A stretch of 48,758 nucleotides of DNA from Bacillota bacterium (lineage in GTDB: Bacteria > Bacillota > Sulfobacillia > RBS10-35 > JAJYVN01), in the NCBI GenBank assembly GCA_021791995.1, contig JAJYVN010000001.1, positions 1-48,758 on the forward strand, given 5' to 3'. A program made the translations under genes and the position numbers. Numbering within the stretch: position 1 is the stretch's first letter; every line of letters begins with the position of its first letter. Of the stretch, positions 34,968 through 44,461 are shown one piece after another. The notes below the pieces were generated by a model that saw only the letters and a list, made by a program, of their open reading frames with translations, made no database searches and had not been told where the DNA came from.

Positions 34968-37535
34968 GTGCCGTTCGTAGGTAGGGAAATTCGCCCGGCG
35001 CCACCAGAATCGCCGGAGGTACTCTTCCGCGAACTGCCGCGGACGGGCCGGGGTGTGTCCGAACTGTGGATACACCAGGGTGACGTCCTGCGGGCCTATA
35101 GGGAGCGCCATGTGGACACACCGGACGTAGCAATCGAGCTTCCGACGGGCACGGGCAAGACGCTCCCGGGGCTTCTGATCGCCGATTGGTGTCGACGATT
35201 CCATGGTGAGCGGGCCGCGTACGCGGCTCCGACTCGTCAGTTGGCCCGCCAAGTCGTCCAGGCCGCAGAGCGCGAGGGAATCCCGGCGGTCTTGCTAGTG
35301 GGGGGCCATGGGTCGTGGGCAACCGCCGACGTGACGCGTTACGACGGGGCTCTGGCAGTGGCGGTGACTACGTACAGCACGGTCTTCAACAGCAATCCGC
35401 ACCTGGTTGAGCCTCGCCTCCTGCTCTTCGACGACGCCCACGCGGGGGAACAGTACGTCAGTGAGGCGTACGCCGTGCCCATCAGCATGGAGAGGGACCC
35501 CGACATCTATAACGCCCTCCTCACCGTTTTGAGCCCTGAGCTTCCCCGGATGTTTTTGAAGCGGCTCGGCGATCCAACGGGGGACCCGGGAGTTCGACAG
35601 GAGACGAAGCTCGTGGTGCCGCTTCGTGATCCTAGCTTGATCACAGCGATCGACGACGTCCTCTTCGTGCCGACTGCTTCAGAGGAGTTGAGGTTCCGTT
35701 ACGCTATGGTGCGCGGTCACTTGCCGGCGTGTCTCGTGTATGTAGCCTGGCATCAGGTGCTCATCCGGCCCTTTGTCCCGCCGACGTTCGAGAACAGGAT
35801 CTTCGCGCAAGCGAGGCAGCGGATTTACCTGTCGGCCACCCTCGGGGAGGGCGGGGAGCTTGAGCGCGCCTTCGGCCGTACGCCGATTGTCCGGTTACCC
35901 CTTCTCGGGACATCGGGCGCGCCGCGCTCTGGACGGCGGTTCTTCATCTTCCCGGACCTAGCCGAAGGTGCGGACCCCGATGACTTGACGCGCGAGGTCG
36001 TGAGCCAGGCAGGTAAGGCGCTCGTCCTCACGCCCGATAACGTAAGCGCACGGACTTACGCCGAGAACCTGGTACCTGCCGGGTGGCCGATCCTAGGTCG
36101 CGATGATGTGAGCGAGTCGCTTGAGCCATTGGCCCGGGCTGAACACGCGGTTTGTGGTCTGGCGAACCGATATGACGGCCTCGACTTGCCAGACCAGGCG
36201 TGCCGGCTAGTGATCCTTGCCGATCTCCCCTCCGCCCAGAACCTTCAGGAGCGTTTCTTGGCGACACGGGTCGGGGCCCAGGCCGCTCTCGCTGAGCGCG
36301 TACGCACTCGTGTGATTCAAGGCGGCGGGCGCTGTGCCCGCGGCCCACAGGATTGGTCGCTTGTGGCGGTGCTTGGGGCTGAAATCGCGAGCTACCTTTC
36401 TAGGCCGGAGGTTCGGCAGGCTATGGATCCGGAGCTTCAAGCGGAGATCGAGTTCGGTCTGGGGAACGCCCGTGGGAAGAGCGCCGAGGTGCTGGAGAAT
36501 GTTGGCATATTCCTCGAGCACGGCGATGCCTGGCGTGATGGGGCAGAGCCACGCCTTGCTGAATTCCGGGCAGGCGTGATACGGCAGCGGCCGGACGGGA
36601 CAGATGAGCTTGCATCGTCCGTGCAATCTGAGATCGAGGCGTGCATGCTTGCTTGGCATGGGCGGTTCGAGGCGGCCAGTACATCGGCCCAGGGGGTCGC
36701 AAGGGTTCTCGGGCGCTCCGAGGCTACGAGGCCGTACCGTGCTTTTTGGCTATATCTGTCCGCGCTTTGGCTGTATGAAGCGGGCCGGACCAAACCTGTA
36801 CTTCAGGCAGCGGCCCGTGACCTGCTACGCCAGGCATCAGAGGCGGCCCGCCCCGCCACATGGATCCGAGACATGGCACCTTTGCCCGATGACGTGCCGC
36901 AAGAGATAGAGCCGGAGGATCGTGCCGCAGTCGAGCAGATTTGCGCGCGCCTGGAGAAAGGCGTCAACCGGGGCACCCATGACGGCATAGTGGGTGGCAT
37001 GCTGGCGGGGCTTGCCGCCGCCGACCCTTCTAGGTACGAGCCGGCTCTCACCGAACTCGGTCGTCTTCTCGGGGCTGACGCATTCAAGCCACCCGGAGAG
37101 GGCGGCTGTGACTCCGCATGGTGTTGGGGGAACCATCTGTGGATTGCCCTGGAGGCCAAGAGTGACCAAAACCCTGACGGCCCCGTCTCCCTGGACAACG
37201 TACGGCAGGCGAACACAGCGCTGCCTCTCCTTGCCGGACACCGCAGTCTGGAGGTGCCGCCGTTTGGTAGCATTACGGTCGTTATCTCGCCCCGTGGCAC
37301 TGTGGCGCCCACTGCCGTTATTGCTGCAGAGCCGCAGCTGCACCTCGCCACGCCCGAACTGATTGCGCAACTCGGAGCCGATGCTACAGAAGCATGGCAG
37401 AAGCTCCTAACTCAGACTCCGGGTCTCACGGCCAGAGACCTCAGGGAGGTCACGATGGGGGTGCTGAGTGCGCACTCGGCGCTTCCGTCGCAGGTGCGCG
37501 ACCGGCTGACGCCGCACCCGATTCGTGGCCTATAG
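34968..37535 (+). CDS. DinG/Rad3-like SF2 helicase with a C-terminal PD-(D/E)xK-like domain
   Basis: ELPTGTGKT, LLLFDDAHAGEQY, LSATLGEGG, NRYDGLDLPDQACRLVILADLP and IQGGGRCAR. The C-terminal CDSAWCWGNHLWIALEAKSD fits D-x13-E-x-K. RBS is AGAGGAGG. Confidence 0.8.
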   Translation: MPFVGREIRPAPPESPEVLFRELPRTGRGVSELWIHQGDVLRAYRERHVDTPDVAIELPTGTGKTLPGLLIADWCRRFHGERAAYAAPTRQLARQVVQAAEREGIPAVLLVGGHGSWATADVTRYDGALAVAVTTYSTVFNSNPHLVEPRLLLFDDAHAGEQYVSEAYAVPISMERDPDIYNALLTVLSPELPRMFLKRLGDPTGDPGVRQETKLVVPLRDPSLITAIDDVLFVPTASEELRFRYAMVRGHLPACLVYVAWHQVLIRPFVPPTFENRIFAQARQRIYLSATLGEGGELERAFGRTPIVRLPLLGTSGAPRSGRRFFIFPDLAEGADPDDLTREVVSQAGKALVLTPDNVSARTYAENLVPAGWPILGRDDVSESLEPLARAEHAVCGLANRYDGLDLPDQACRLVILADLPSAQNLQERFLATRVGAQAALAERVRTRVIQGGGRCARGPQDWSLVAVLGAEIASYLSRPEVRQAMDPELQAEIEFGLGNARGKSAEVLENVGIFLEHGDAWRDGAEPRLAEFRAGVIRQRPDGTDELASSVQSEIEACMLAWHGRFEAASTSAQGVARVLGRSEATRPYRAFWLYLSALWLYEAGRTKPVLQAAARDLLRQASEAARPATWIRDMAPLPDDVPQEIEPEDRAAVEQICARLEKGVNRGTHDGIVGGMLAGLAAADPSRYEPALTELGRLLGADAFKPPGEGGCDSAWCWGNHLWIALEAKSDQNPDGPVSLDNVRQANTALPLLAGHRSLEVPPFGSITVVISPRGTVAPTAVIAAEPQLHLATPELIAQLGADATEAWQKLLTQTPGLTARDLREVTMGVLSAHSALPSQVRDRLTPHPIRGL

Positions 37536-37720
37536 AGGCATTCGGACGAATTCCCCGCCGAAAGAACGCCACGGAGGTCTGTGGTAAGGACGGATCTTCG
37601 TAGAGTGCGCAACGGTGCCAACCTGACATTTTTGGCTCACGGAGGTAACTCACCTGGTCGGTCCTGGCGAATACATTAGGTGACGCACTGGAGGGGGTAC
37701 CGATTACGCAAACACATCCA

Positions 37721-38755
37721 GTGCCAGCATATCCGCCTGCCGATCTGGTGAGCATTGTCCTGACAGGGGCCTCGATCGCAGCCACGCTGTTCGGCCTCGG
37801 GTTTGCAGTAGTGACATATTTCAATTGGTCCAATATTCGGGGCCGAGTACGAAGAGAGATTGGGCGAGTAAATGATATCGAGTCGGCAAAGATCAGCCGG
37901 CGGATGGATGACCTTGTTCGAGGTTATGGCCGTTACCTCATGGCTGTCCAAAACCTGAGCGATGCGGATGACTTCGAACGGGAAGCTCAAGTTGTTCAAG
38001 ATGAAATTAAGGAACTGTGGAACTTCTACGTATACTCCTGCGAGAAGCGCGTTTGGCCTATTGTAAAACGGCTCGGGAATGCGTGGTCCTGGTGGCAACC
38101 GAACCTGCTAACCGATGAGGACAGTGCGAACATTCTCAAGGCGCTACGGTCACTAAGCATGGCGGAAGCCAATCTTGGGTGGCACGATCCGTCAGCCATT
38201 TCGATGTGGCGTGGTATCTGCTACGCAATCTTGCGCGAACCAACGGCCGCTGTTGAGCGGTTTGAGTCCATCGCCGACCCGAGAATCCTACATCGTTTCA
38301 GGGGCTATCTTGACGTCATGTGGGGTTCGTGTCCGCAACCAGGAGAAGTGTATTTCGAAAGGCTGGCTCGTGCATTTGGATTGCAACCGCCCCTGAGAAG
38401 TTCGGAGAGAGATACCCTGGCGAGGCTGCAGCATATGCAGTACCAAGTTGGGGTTGCGCAGTTCTCGCAAGGAAGCTGGTGGTTGGGGGCCGACCGTGAG
38501 ACGGGGCGCCCGAGTTGGGTCGGCCTCGTCCCTCGAAGTGCGCAAGGTGAACCGGGCTGGCGGGTGGATTACCAGCAGCACTATCCGGAAGGCGGGGGCG
38601 GGGGACAGAGCCACACGGTTCCCTCCATCGAGGCCGGGGTAGAATTCATGCTTGACCGTTTTGTCGGGCTGGTGAGTGCCCCCTCGGAACTTCGGCAACG
38701 ATGGAATCGTGATATGGAGCCCGAAACTTACGAGTTTCCCGATTCAGTTGAGTAG
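37721..38755 (+). CDS. hypothetical membrane-anchored protein (one N-terminal TM); start uncertain
   Basis: LVSIVLTGASIAATLFGLGFAVVTYF is followed by a ~300-aa soluble domain with no recognised motif. It is more A/T-rich and same-strand after the helicase. A strong terminator follows. Confidence 0.55.
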   Translation: MPAYPPADLVSIVLTGASIAATLFGLGFAVVTYFNWSNIRGRVRREIGRVNDIESAKISRRMDDLVRGYGRYLMAVQNLSDADDFEREAQVVQDEIKELWNFYVYSCEKRVWPIVKRLGNAWSWWQPNLLTDEDSANILKALRSLSMAEANLGWHDPSAISMWRGICYAILREPTAAVERFESIADPRILHRFRGYLDVMWGSCPQPGEVYFERLARAFGLQPPLRSSERDTLARLQHMQYQVGVAQFSQGSWWLGADRETGRPSWVGLVPRSAQGEPGWRVDYQQHYPEGGGGGQSHTVPSIEAGVEFMLDRFVGLVSAPSELRQRWNRDMEPETYEFPDSVE

Positions 38756-38758
38756 AAC

Positions 38759-38790
38759 GCCCGGCCAGGCGGCCGGGCTTGTGCCATTTT
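38759..38790 (+). terminator. rho-independent terminator
   Basis: gcccggcc-aggc-ggccgggc is a perfect 8-bp stem, followed by ttgtgccatttta. Confidence 0.75.
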
Positions 38791-38822
38791 ATGGGGACGA
38801 TCTAGTCTTGGACCGTGGGGGG

Positions 38823-39812
38823 ATGCGTGTGCGTTTCCGAGGAGTCTTCGGAGCCGTGACGGCCGGCGCTCTGGTGGCGACTGTCCTGAGCGCGACCACT
38901 GCTCAGGCGGCCGCGGCGTCTTCCTGCCGACCACGGCCAGGGAGCGAGGCATGCCTGTCGTACCTGTTCGCGGACGGTGGGGCGCACTTTTCTGCCGCCC
39001 AGTGGCGAGCGGACATCGCCCGGGCAAGTCGCCCCAACCAGGCTCTCTATGCCAAGTACAAGAGGTTGTTCGACGAGGCCAAGACTGCGGCTGAAAAGCA
39101 GAAGATCCTCGCGAAGTACGACGCGCTGGCGCACGGGTCCGCGGTCGGACCAAATACACCCATGCCTTCGATGCGGACAACCTACGCGGTGTGCCGCCAC
39201 CTACTGGTGAGCCAAGGGTACCGGTACGCCCCTGCCATGTGTGCCCCGTGGTACGCGAACTTCCAAGTCATCACGGGCTGGCAACTGCAGGAGGGGAACG
39301 GCCAGGTGGACATCGAGGTCTTTGGCTATTCCCGTTCGGGCGGGCCCAAGGAGACGGGCCAAATTGCCTTTCTGCAGTTCCCAACCAACCCGCATCTACC
39401 GGACGGTGGGGCCTGGACTGCCATGGATTCGCCACTGCCGTTGATCGCGTGGTTCCGGCTTGTACGTTCGCAGAAGTACGACCCCGCAATGCTCAAGGTC
39501 AAGGACACCTCGGGCGGAACGCTGGCGACCAACGAGTCGCTTAGCGCCGCGCAGTTCCTTGGGTTTTGGGGCTATGGGTACGCGCCGACCGAGTTCTCAG
39601 TTGAGGCGCGTCGCCTGATGGCGACTGCAGGGTTCAACCCCGTTGAGGCAGGGGGGCCTGATGTCTTGCCCGGCCACGCCTGGCCAGCGTTCACAAGTCG
39701 TGCGCTGACTCCATCCGTGTTGCGGACTGCTGGTTGGGAGTATGTAAATTGGCCGGAAAGGGCACTTGGCGGTGGGGGGCTTCCGGGCCTGTACGCCCAC
39801 GGTAGCGCCTAA
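38823..39812 (+). CDS. secreted protein of unknown function
   Basis: Signal peptide MRVRFRGVFGAVTAGALVATVLSATTAQAAAA. 329 aa, bracketed by terminators. Confidence 0.65.
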   Translation: MRVRFRGVFGAVTAGALVATVLSATTAQAAAASSCRPRPGSEACLSYLFADGGAHFSAAQWRADIARASRPNQALYAKYKRLFDEAKTAAEKQKILAKYDALAHGSAVGPNTPMPSMRTTYAVCRHLLVSQGYRYAPAMCAPWYANFQVITGWQLQEGNGQVDIEVFGYSRSGGPKETGQIAFLQFPTNPHLPDGGAWTAMDSPLPLIAWFRLVRSQKYDPAMLKVKDTSGGTLATNESLSAAQFLGFWGYGYAPTEFSVEARRLMATAGFNPVEAGGPDVLPGHAWPAFTSRALTPSVLRTAGWEYVNWPERALGGGGLPGLYAHGSA

Positions 39813-39827
39813 GGCTTGGCGACGACG

Positions 39828-39863
39828 AACCCGCCCTCGAGTGTGGGCGGGTTCTTGTTTTGT
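39828..39863 (+). terminator. rho-independent terminator
   Basis: aacccgccc-tcgagtgt-gggcgggtt is a 9-bp stem, followed by cttgtttt. Confidence 0.8.
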
Positions 39864-39881
39864 CAGGGAGGAGGTATCTGT

Positions 39882-42872
39882 GTGCATCGATCGCTCCGAA
39901 CTTGGGCTGCGGTGTTGCTGTCGGTCGTCCTAGTTGGGGGCATGGCTTATGCGTCATCCGACGTGATCGCGCCCGGCGGCGGTGGTGTATCTGTGGACAA
40001 TGCCTTGACCTTTGGAGTTGATGCTGGCCGTGCGCGGACGGTGAATAGTGACACGTATTCGGCGGGTACGGCGTACCCGAGCACCACCGGTACGTCCGGC
40101 TCGCAGCAATCCACAGGAGCACCGGACTTCGTTCCCGCGCCAGGCTTTGCGACGGCGTTGACCGGATCCCTCTGCTCGTTCTCGACACCGGTTGTATCCG
40201 GTAGCATGGCGTATCAGTACGCATTTGCGGCAGCTGGGGCGTGTGGGCCCAGGACGGCGGCGAGTTCGACAGGTGTGCTCTACGCAATGGACCTGTCGGC
40301 GACCCGGCCGGCAAACGCGTGGGGCGGATACGTTTGGACGGTTCCTTCGTCGTCCCAAATGACGTCGTGCAACGGCTCTGCACCCAATATGGCGGGGGTC
40401 TCGGCGCCAACGATCGACCCGACAGGACAATACCTCGCCATCGGAGCAGGGTGCGTGATGTATTGGGCTTCGCTATCGTCTCTGCAGCCGGGCTCCGCTA
40501 CCGAATCCGTCGCGTCACCGGGCAGTGGCTGGCAACAGAAGACGATTCGCGGTGAGACACCGAACGCGGGCAACGAGGTCGCCATGAGCCCGATCATTAC
40601 GCAGCCGTATACGGTGGCCTATAGCAGCGGGCTCGGATCGGTGTCGGTGTCGACGCCTTACGCTTGCGTAGGTGGCTGGGACGGTGGCATGGCTTGTGCC
40701 GCTATGGCTAGCAAACCAGGCGAGAGTCCGCCGCCGACCGTTCAGTGGGTCATCCCGACGACGGGCTCAAACAAAGATGGCCCCTCTGGCTATCCCATCA
40801 ACTGGATCGGAACGCCACAGAGTCTCGACAACGGCGGCCATGCGATTCTGACCTCGAGTCCGAGTTGGGACCCCCAGGCGAGCGTCAATGGATCCACTGG
40901 CGCCGTGGTATTCGGGATCAACGACGGGTCCGCCGGACCGGGTGCGGTCGTCTTCCTGGACCCGTTGTCGGGCGCCTCCACTATCGTCGTGCTGTCATCC
41001 GGGTTCGACGGGTTGCCGTCCAACGCCGCTGGCATCTCGTCGTCGGTGGTCGTCTATGAGTACGGCACCGGGAGCCCGGCCGACGGAACGGTGATCGTTC
41101 CCGACAACTATGGCGACCTCTACGAGATCAGCCCGGCGGGTCGCCTGCTGGCCTCCATGACTTCGGTTTCTGTCACCGCCCGAGTATCCTGTACGGCGCT
41201 GCCCTGGGACATCAGCGATCTGGCCGTTGGTAAGTACAGCATCTACGCGGTCGAGCACTGCCTGCAGACGGTCGATCGCTTCGGGGTGGCACCCTCGGGG
41301 GGTACCATTGCGCAGGTCGCCACCTACACCTCGAGCACGGGCTACTTCGACGGCGCCTACTCGCCCACGGTGGTTCGGTGCGCTGCCACCGCGTGTCCGT
41401 CCACCAGCACCGTCCCCGGTAGCGACGACGCGTACCTGTTCCTGAACGACAGGTCCAACATGTACGTCCTGCCGATCGGGGCGAACGCCAACGCCTCGGG
41501 CACGATGTCCGTCGCCCCGATCGGGCCCACGACTGGTAGCCCGCCGTTCGTGGCTGCCCTCCCGGACGCGGGCGTGAACCATACGCTACTCCTTTGGAGC
41601 AACGCGGGAGGCGGTGGCTTCGACTACTGGGCGCCCACCGTGTACGGGCCGGATTCGACCGGCGGTTCGGAGATCGTGAGCCTCACGGTGAACGGCCCAT
41701 CGGCCACAAGCGTGACGACGAGTGTGAACACCGCCGTCACGTTCGACATGACGGCAAGCCTGCCGAGCATCGGGCAGTGCGACCCGGTCTACAGCACCAT
41801 AGCGCCCAACGAGACCTGCCTGAACCTGTGGGAGACGACCGGCGGCGCTCCGGGTATCGTGGCCAGCTCGAACCAGTCGGCCGTTCAGGCGCCGTACCCG
41901 ATCACGGAGACGGGACCGAGCAGCTGGACCACATCGCTCGCCTTCGCGCAGCCCGGCACGTACCACCTGTACAGCGTTCTGATGAACAACTCGACCACCT
42001 GGGTGGGCGGGATCGAGCCGGGCCAGAGCCAGGTCACGTCCAACAACGTGACCGTCACGGTGGAGCCCTCCGGATCGAACCCGAGTCCCGCCCCGACATG
42101 CAGCACGCCAAGTTCCACTGGCTGGAACACGCCGGCGAACTGCGTGGGGTCGCTGCCGACGCCGGCTGCCGCCCAGGTGTCGGGGACCCTCACGATGGCC
42201 GTGGGGGATCAAGGCAGTAGCTACTCCCCGGTGTTTGATCCCAACTGGAGTCCCACGTCGGGTATGCCCGATCCGTGCATCACGCCGTCCGTCACGTGCA
42301 ACAGCCCCTACGTGGCCTACCTGCCCCAGCAGTATGGCCTCTTCGGGCAGCACTTGCTGGTCCGGGTGAACCCACCGGCGTACGCGTCCCGGCCGCCAAC
42401 ACTCAGCTCGCCGCCTACCGGGTACACCCCCCGCGTCTGCGACGTGTACTTCCCCTCTTCCGGCCAGGACTACGTGGCACTGCCGCAGGGCATCTCGGAG
42501 GAGACCGGCCAGCCGTGGACCCAGGAGTGGGACCCCCTCAAGAGTGCGGGGTCGTACCTGTACGGTACGGTGCTGGTCGACTGGGCGTGGTGGCCACCGC
42601 TTCCCACCGGCAGCGTCGTGGGTCCCGGGGACCTGACGTCGCACTGGGTTGCTGACGTGTACCGATGGATCTACCAGCGTGTGCAGACCGGAACCGACAG
42701 CAACGGTAATCCGGTGTACGAGTGGGTGCCAACCTGCACGAACCAGGGGCTCGAGAACGGCGCGACCAACCCACAGGTGAACCCGGCCCAGGGGGGTCAG
42801 GTGTACGTGTGGGGGGCCAGGATCGTGCTACTGCCGATCACGACGCACGAGCTCCTCTGGGGGCTGCCGTAG
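39882..42872 (+). CDS. large secreted Ser/Thr/Gly/Pro-rich surface protein (996 aa), function unknown
   Basis: GTG behind GGGAGGAGG. Signal peptide VHRSLRTWAAVLLSVVLVGGMAYASS. No LPXTG motif and no enzymatic motif was recognised. Confidence 0.75.
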   Translation: MHRSLRTWAAVLLSVVLVGGMAYASSDVIAPGGGGVSVDNALTFGVDAGRARTVNSDTYSAGTAYPSTTGTSGSQQSTGAPDFVPAPGFATALTGSLCSFSTPVVSGSMAYQYAFAAAGACGPRTAASSTGVLYAMDLSATRPANAWGGYVWTVPSSSQMTSCNGSAPNMAGVSAPTIDPTGQYLAIGAGCVMYWASLSSLQPGSATESVASPGSGWQQKTIRGETPNAGNEVAMSPIITQPYTVAYSSGLGSVSVSTPYACVGGWDGGMACAAMASKPGESPPPTVQWVIPTTGSNKDGPSGYPINWIGTPQSLDNGGHAILTSSPSWDPQASVNGSTGAVVFGINDGSAGPGAVVFLDPLSGASTIVVLSSGFDGLPSNAAGISSSVVVYEYGTGSPADGTVIVPDNYGDLYEISPAGRLLASMTSVSVTARVSCTALPWDISDLAVGKYSIYAVEHCLQTVDRFGVAPSGGTIAQVATYTSSTGYFDGAYSPTVVRCAATACPSTSTVPGSDDAYLFLNDRSNMYVLPIGANANASGTMSVAPIGPTTGSPPFVAALPDAGVNHTLLLWSNAGGGGFDYWAPTVYGPDSTGGSEIVSLTVNGPSATSVTTSVNTAVTFDMTASLPSIGQCDPVYSTIAPNETCLNLWETTGGAPGIVASSNQSAVQAPYPITETGPSSWTTSLAFAQPGTYHLYSVLMNNSTTWVGGIEPGQSQVTSNNVTVTVEPSGSNPSPAPTCSTPSSTGWNTPANCVGSLPTPAAAQVSGTLTMAVGDQGSSYSPVFDPNWSPTSGMPDPCITPSVTCNSPYVAYLPQQYGLFGQHLLVRVNPPAYASRPPTLSSPPTGYTPRVCDVYFPSSGQDYVALPQGISEETGQPWTQEWDPLKSAGSYLYGTVLVDWAWWPPLPTGSVVGPGDLTSHWVADVYRWIYQRVQTGTDSNGNPVYEWVPTCTNQGLENGATNPQVNPAQGGQVYVWGARIVLLPITTHELLWGLP

Positions 42873-42887
42873 GGGCGGACTGACATC

Positions 42888-42924
42888 GGGCTGGGCTTTC
42901 GGGCTCAGCCCGTCTTTGTTGGTT
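42888..42924 (+). terminator. rho-independent terminator
   Basis: gggctgggc-tttcgg-gctcagccc is a 9-bp stem with one G.U pair, followed by gtctttgttggtt. Confidence 0.6.
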
Positions 42925-42953
42925 GGCTCATCTCGTCTGTGAAGGAGCGGATC

Positions 42954-43604
42954 GTGTTGGCCCGTTGGAAGATCTTCGTTGGAGCCTTGGTCGCGGTGGT
43001 CTTGACCGGGGCCGTGTTGAGCTCGGCATCTCAGCACGCTGTCCGCAAGTCTGTGGTGCAGGTGAACCCGGGGACGAAGGGGACCTCGGCAAATCAAGCA
43101 TCGACGGCCCCTTTGGGCTTTGGCCTGCCCATGTGGGCCAATTACCGCCTGATCCCGGTCTGGACGCTTGCGGGGCAGCCCATGTACGTGAACGCGTCCG
43201 TCATGCCGGTTGTGTTCTTTGAGGCGAGCGACCCGGCGCCTGCCGAGCGTGTGGTGGCGGAGATGAGCAGGTTACCTGGGCCGCACCCGGTGGCCCTGGT
43301 CGCCACGGGGTTCCCGAAGGAGTCGCTGTCCGAGGCTGAGACACAGGGAAGGCGTGTTGCAGCCAGCGCCTTGCATGGCGCGTCGATCCTTCTGCTTCAG
43401 GGGCCGTGGGCCACGTTTGGTCAGACGCTGCCCATGCTGGCCTACCTCGGGCACACGGCCACCAACCCGGTGGTGGTGAGCTTCTCGAAGAGCGTCCCCG
43501 TGCCCGTGCTGAAGCGGGCGTTCGCCGACACGGTTGCGGGCATCTATCAGGGCCCGGTACCTACGGCCACGAAGCACGGATCCAAGAAGGGGGCAAAGTC
43601 GTGA
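42954..43604 (+). CDS. membrane-anchored protein of unknown function (first gene of the cpaB operon)
   Basis: GTG behind GAAGGAG (the ORF track starts at 42939). N-terminal anchor WKIFVGALVAVVLTGAVL. GTGA overlap with cpaB. Confidence 0.6.
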   Translation: MLARWKIFVGALVAVVLTGAVLSSASQHAVRKSVVQVNPGTKGTSANQASTAPLGFGLPMWANYRLIPVWTLAGQPMYVNASVMPVVFFEASDPAPAERVVAEMSRLPGPHPVALVATGFPKESLSEAETQGRRVAASALHGASILLLQGPWATFGQTLPMLAYLGHTATNPVVVSFSKSVPVPVLKRAFADTVAGIYQGPVPTATKHGSKKGAKS

Positions 43605-44461
43605 GACGCCGTACGGCCGCGTTTGTCGGTCTTGCCGTGGCTGTCTTGCTGTCGGCCCTTCAGGTTCTCCTGTGGCGGGCGTCCATCGTGCCGACCGTGT
43701 ACGTAGCGGTGTCCAAGGCGCCCTTGTCGGCGCTTACGGCCGTCAACGCCGCGGACGTGGTGCCCAAGCCAATCCCGGCGACGGCGGTCCTTCCCGGCAT
43801 GGTCACGTCGTTCGCGCGGATCGCCCATCTGTATCCCCTGCACGACATCCCGGCTGGGGTGTACCTAACGTCGGCTGACTTCGAGAGCGCTCCGCTTCGC
43901 GATGGCCTTTGCCCTGGCGAGGTGTCCGTCACCGTACCCGTCCAGACCGCCGCCAACGCGGAGGGCGTCTATCCCGGCATGTACGTTGAGGTGACGCAGC
44001 CGGCCGCCGGGAACACGCCGACCGCCTCCAGCGGGCAGGGCGTGGTCGTGGCGACGGGCCTTCGGGTGATTGCGGTGATGACATCGAGTGGCGCACCCAT
44101 CAGCCAGGCGGCGCCGCAGTCTGGGTTTTCGGGACTAGCGAGCTCCGATACGCCGTCCATGGTGGAACTGGCCGTGCCTATGGGGAGCGCGCCGGCGTTC
44201 ATCAACGCGTCCGCTCACGGCGAGCTGGTCTTCTCACAGGATCCGTGGACCGGTCCGACCCAGGTGTGTACCGCATCCGCGACCGGTCAGGGGCCTGGGC
44301 CTGGAACGGTAGTTCCTCCGCAGGTGTCCTCTTCGGGAGCGCCTGGTCTGAGCGCATCGTCCCAGCCCGGCTCGCGCGTCGGTGCTGAAATTGGCTCCAC
44401 CGGCGGATCCCGCGTCAGGCCGGGCAGTTCGCCGACCGGCAAGTCCTCGCATAAGGGGTGA
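43601..44461 (+). CDS. cpaB: CpaB/RcpC-like Flp pilus assembly protein (SAF domain)
   Basis: N-terminal TM, then VYVAVSKAPLSALTAVNAADVVPKPIPATAVLPGMV (SAF-like) and a beta-rich domain. The Pro/Ser/Gly tail is typical of the family. Confidence 0.7.
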   Translation: MRRRTAAFVGLAVAVLLSALQVLLWRASIVPTVYVAVSKAPLSALTAVNAADVVPKPIPATAVLPGMVTSFARIAHLYPLHDIPAGVYLTSADFESAPLRDGLCPGEVSVTVPVQTAANAEGVYPGMYVEVTQPAAGNTPTASSGQGVVVATGLRVIAVMTSSGAPISQAAPQSGFSGLASSDTPSMVELAVPMGSAPAFINASAHGELVFSQDPWTGPTQVCTASATGQGPGPGTVVPPQVSSSGAPGLSASSQPGSRVGAEIGSTGGSRVRPGSSPTGKSSHKG

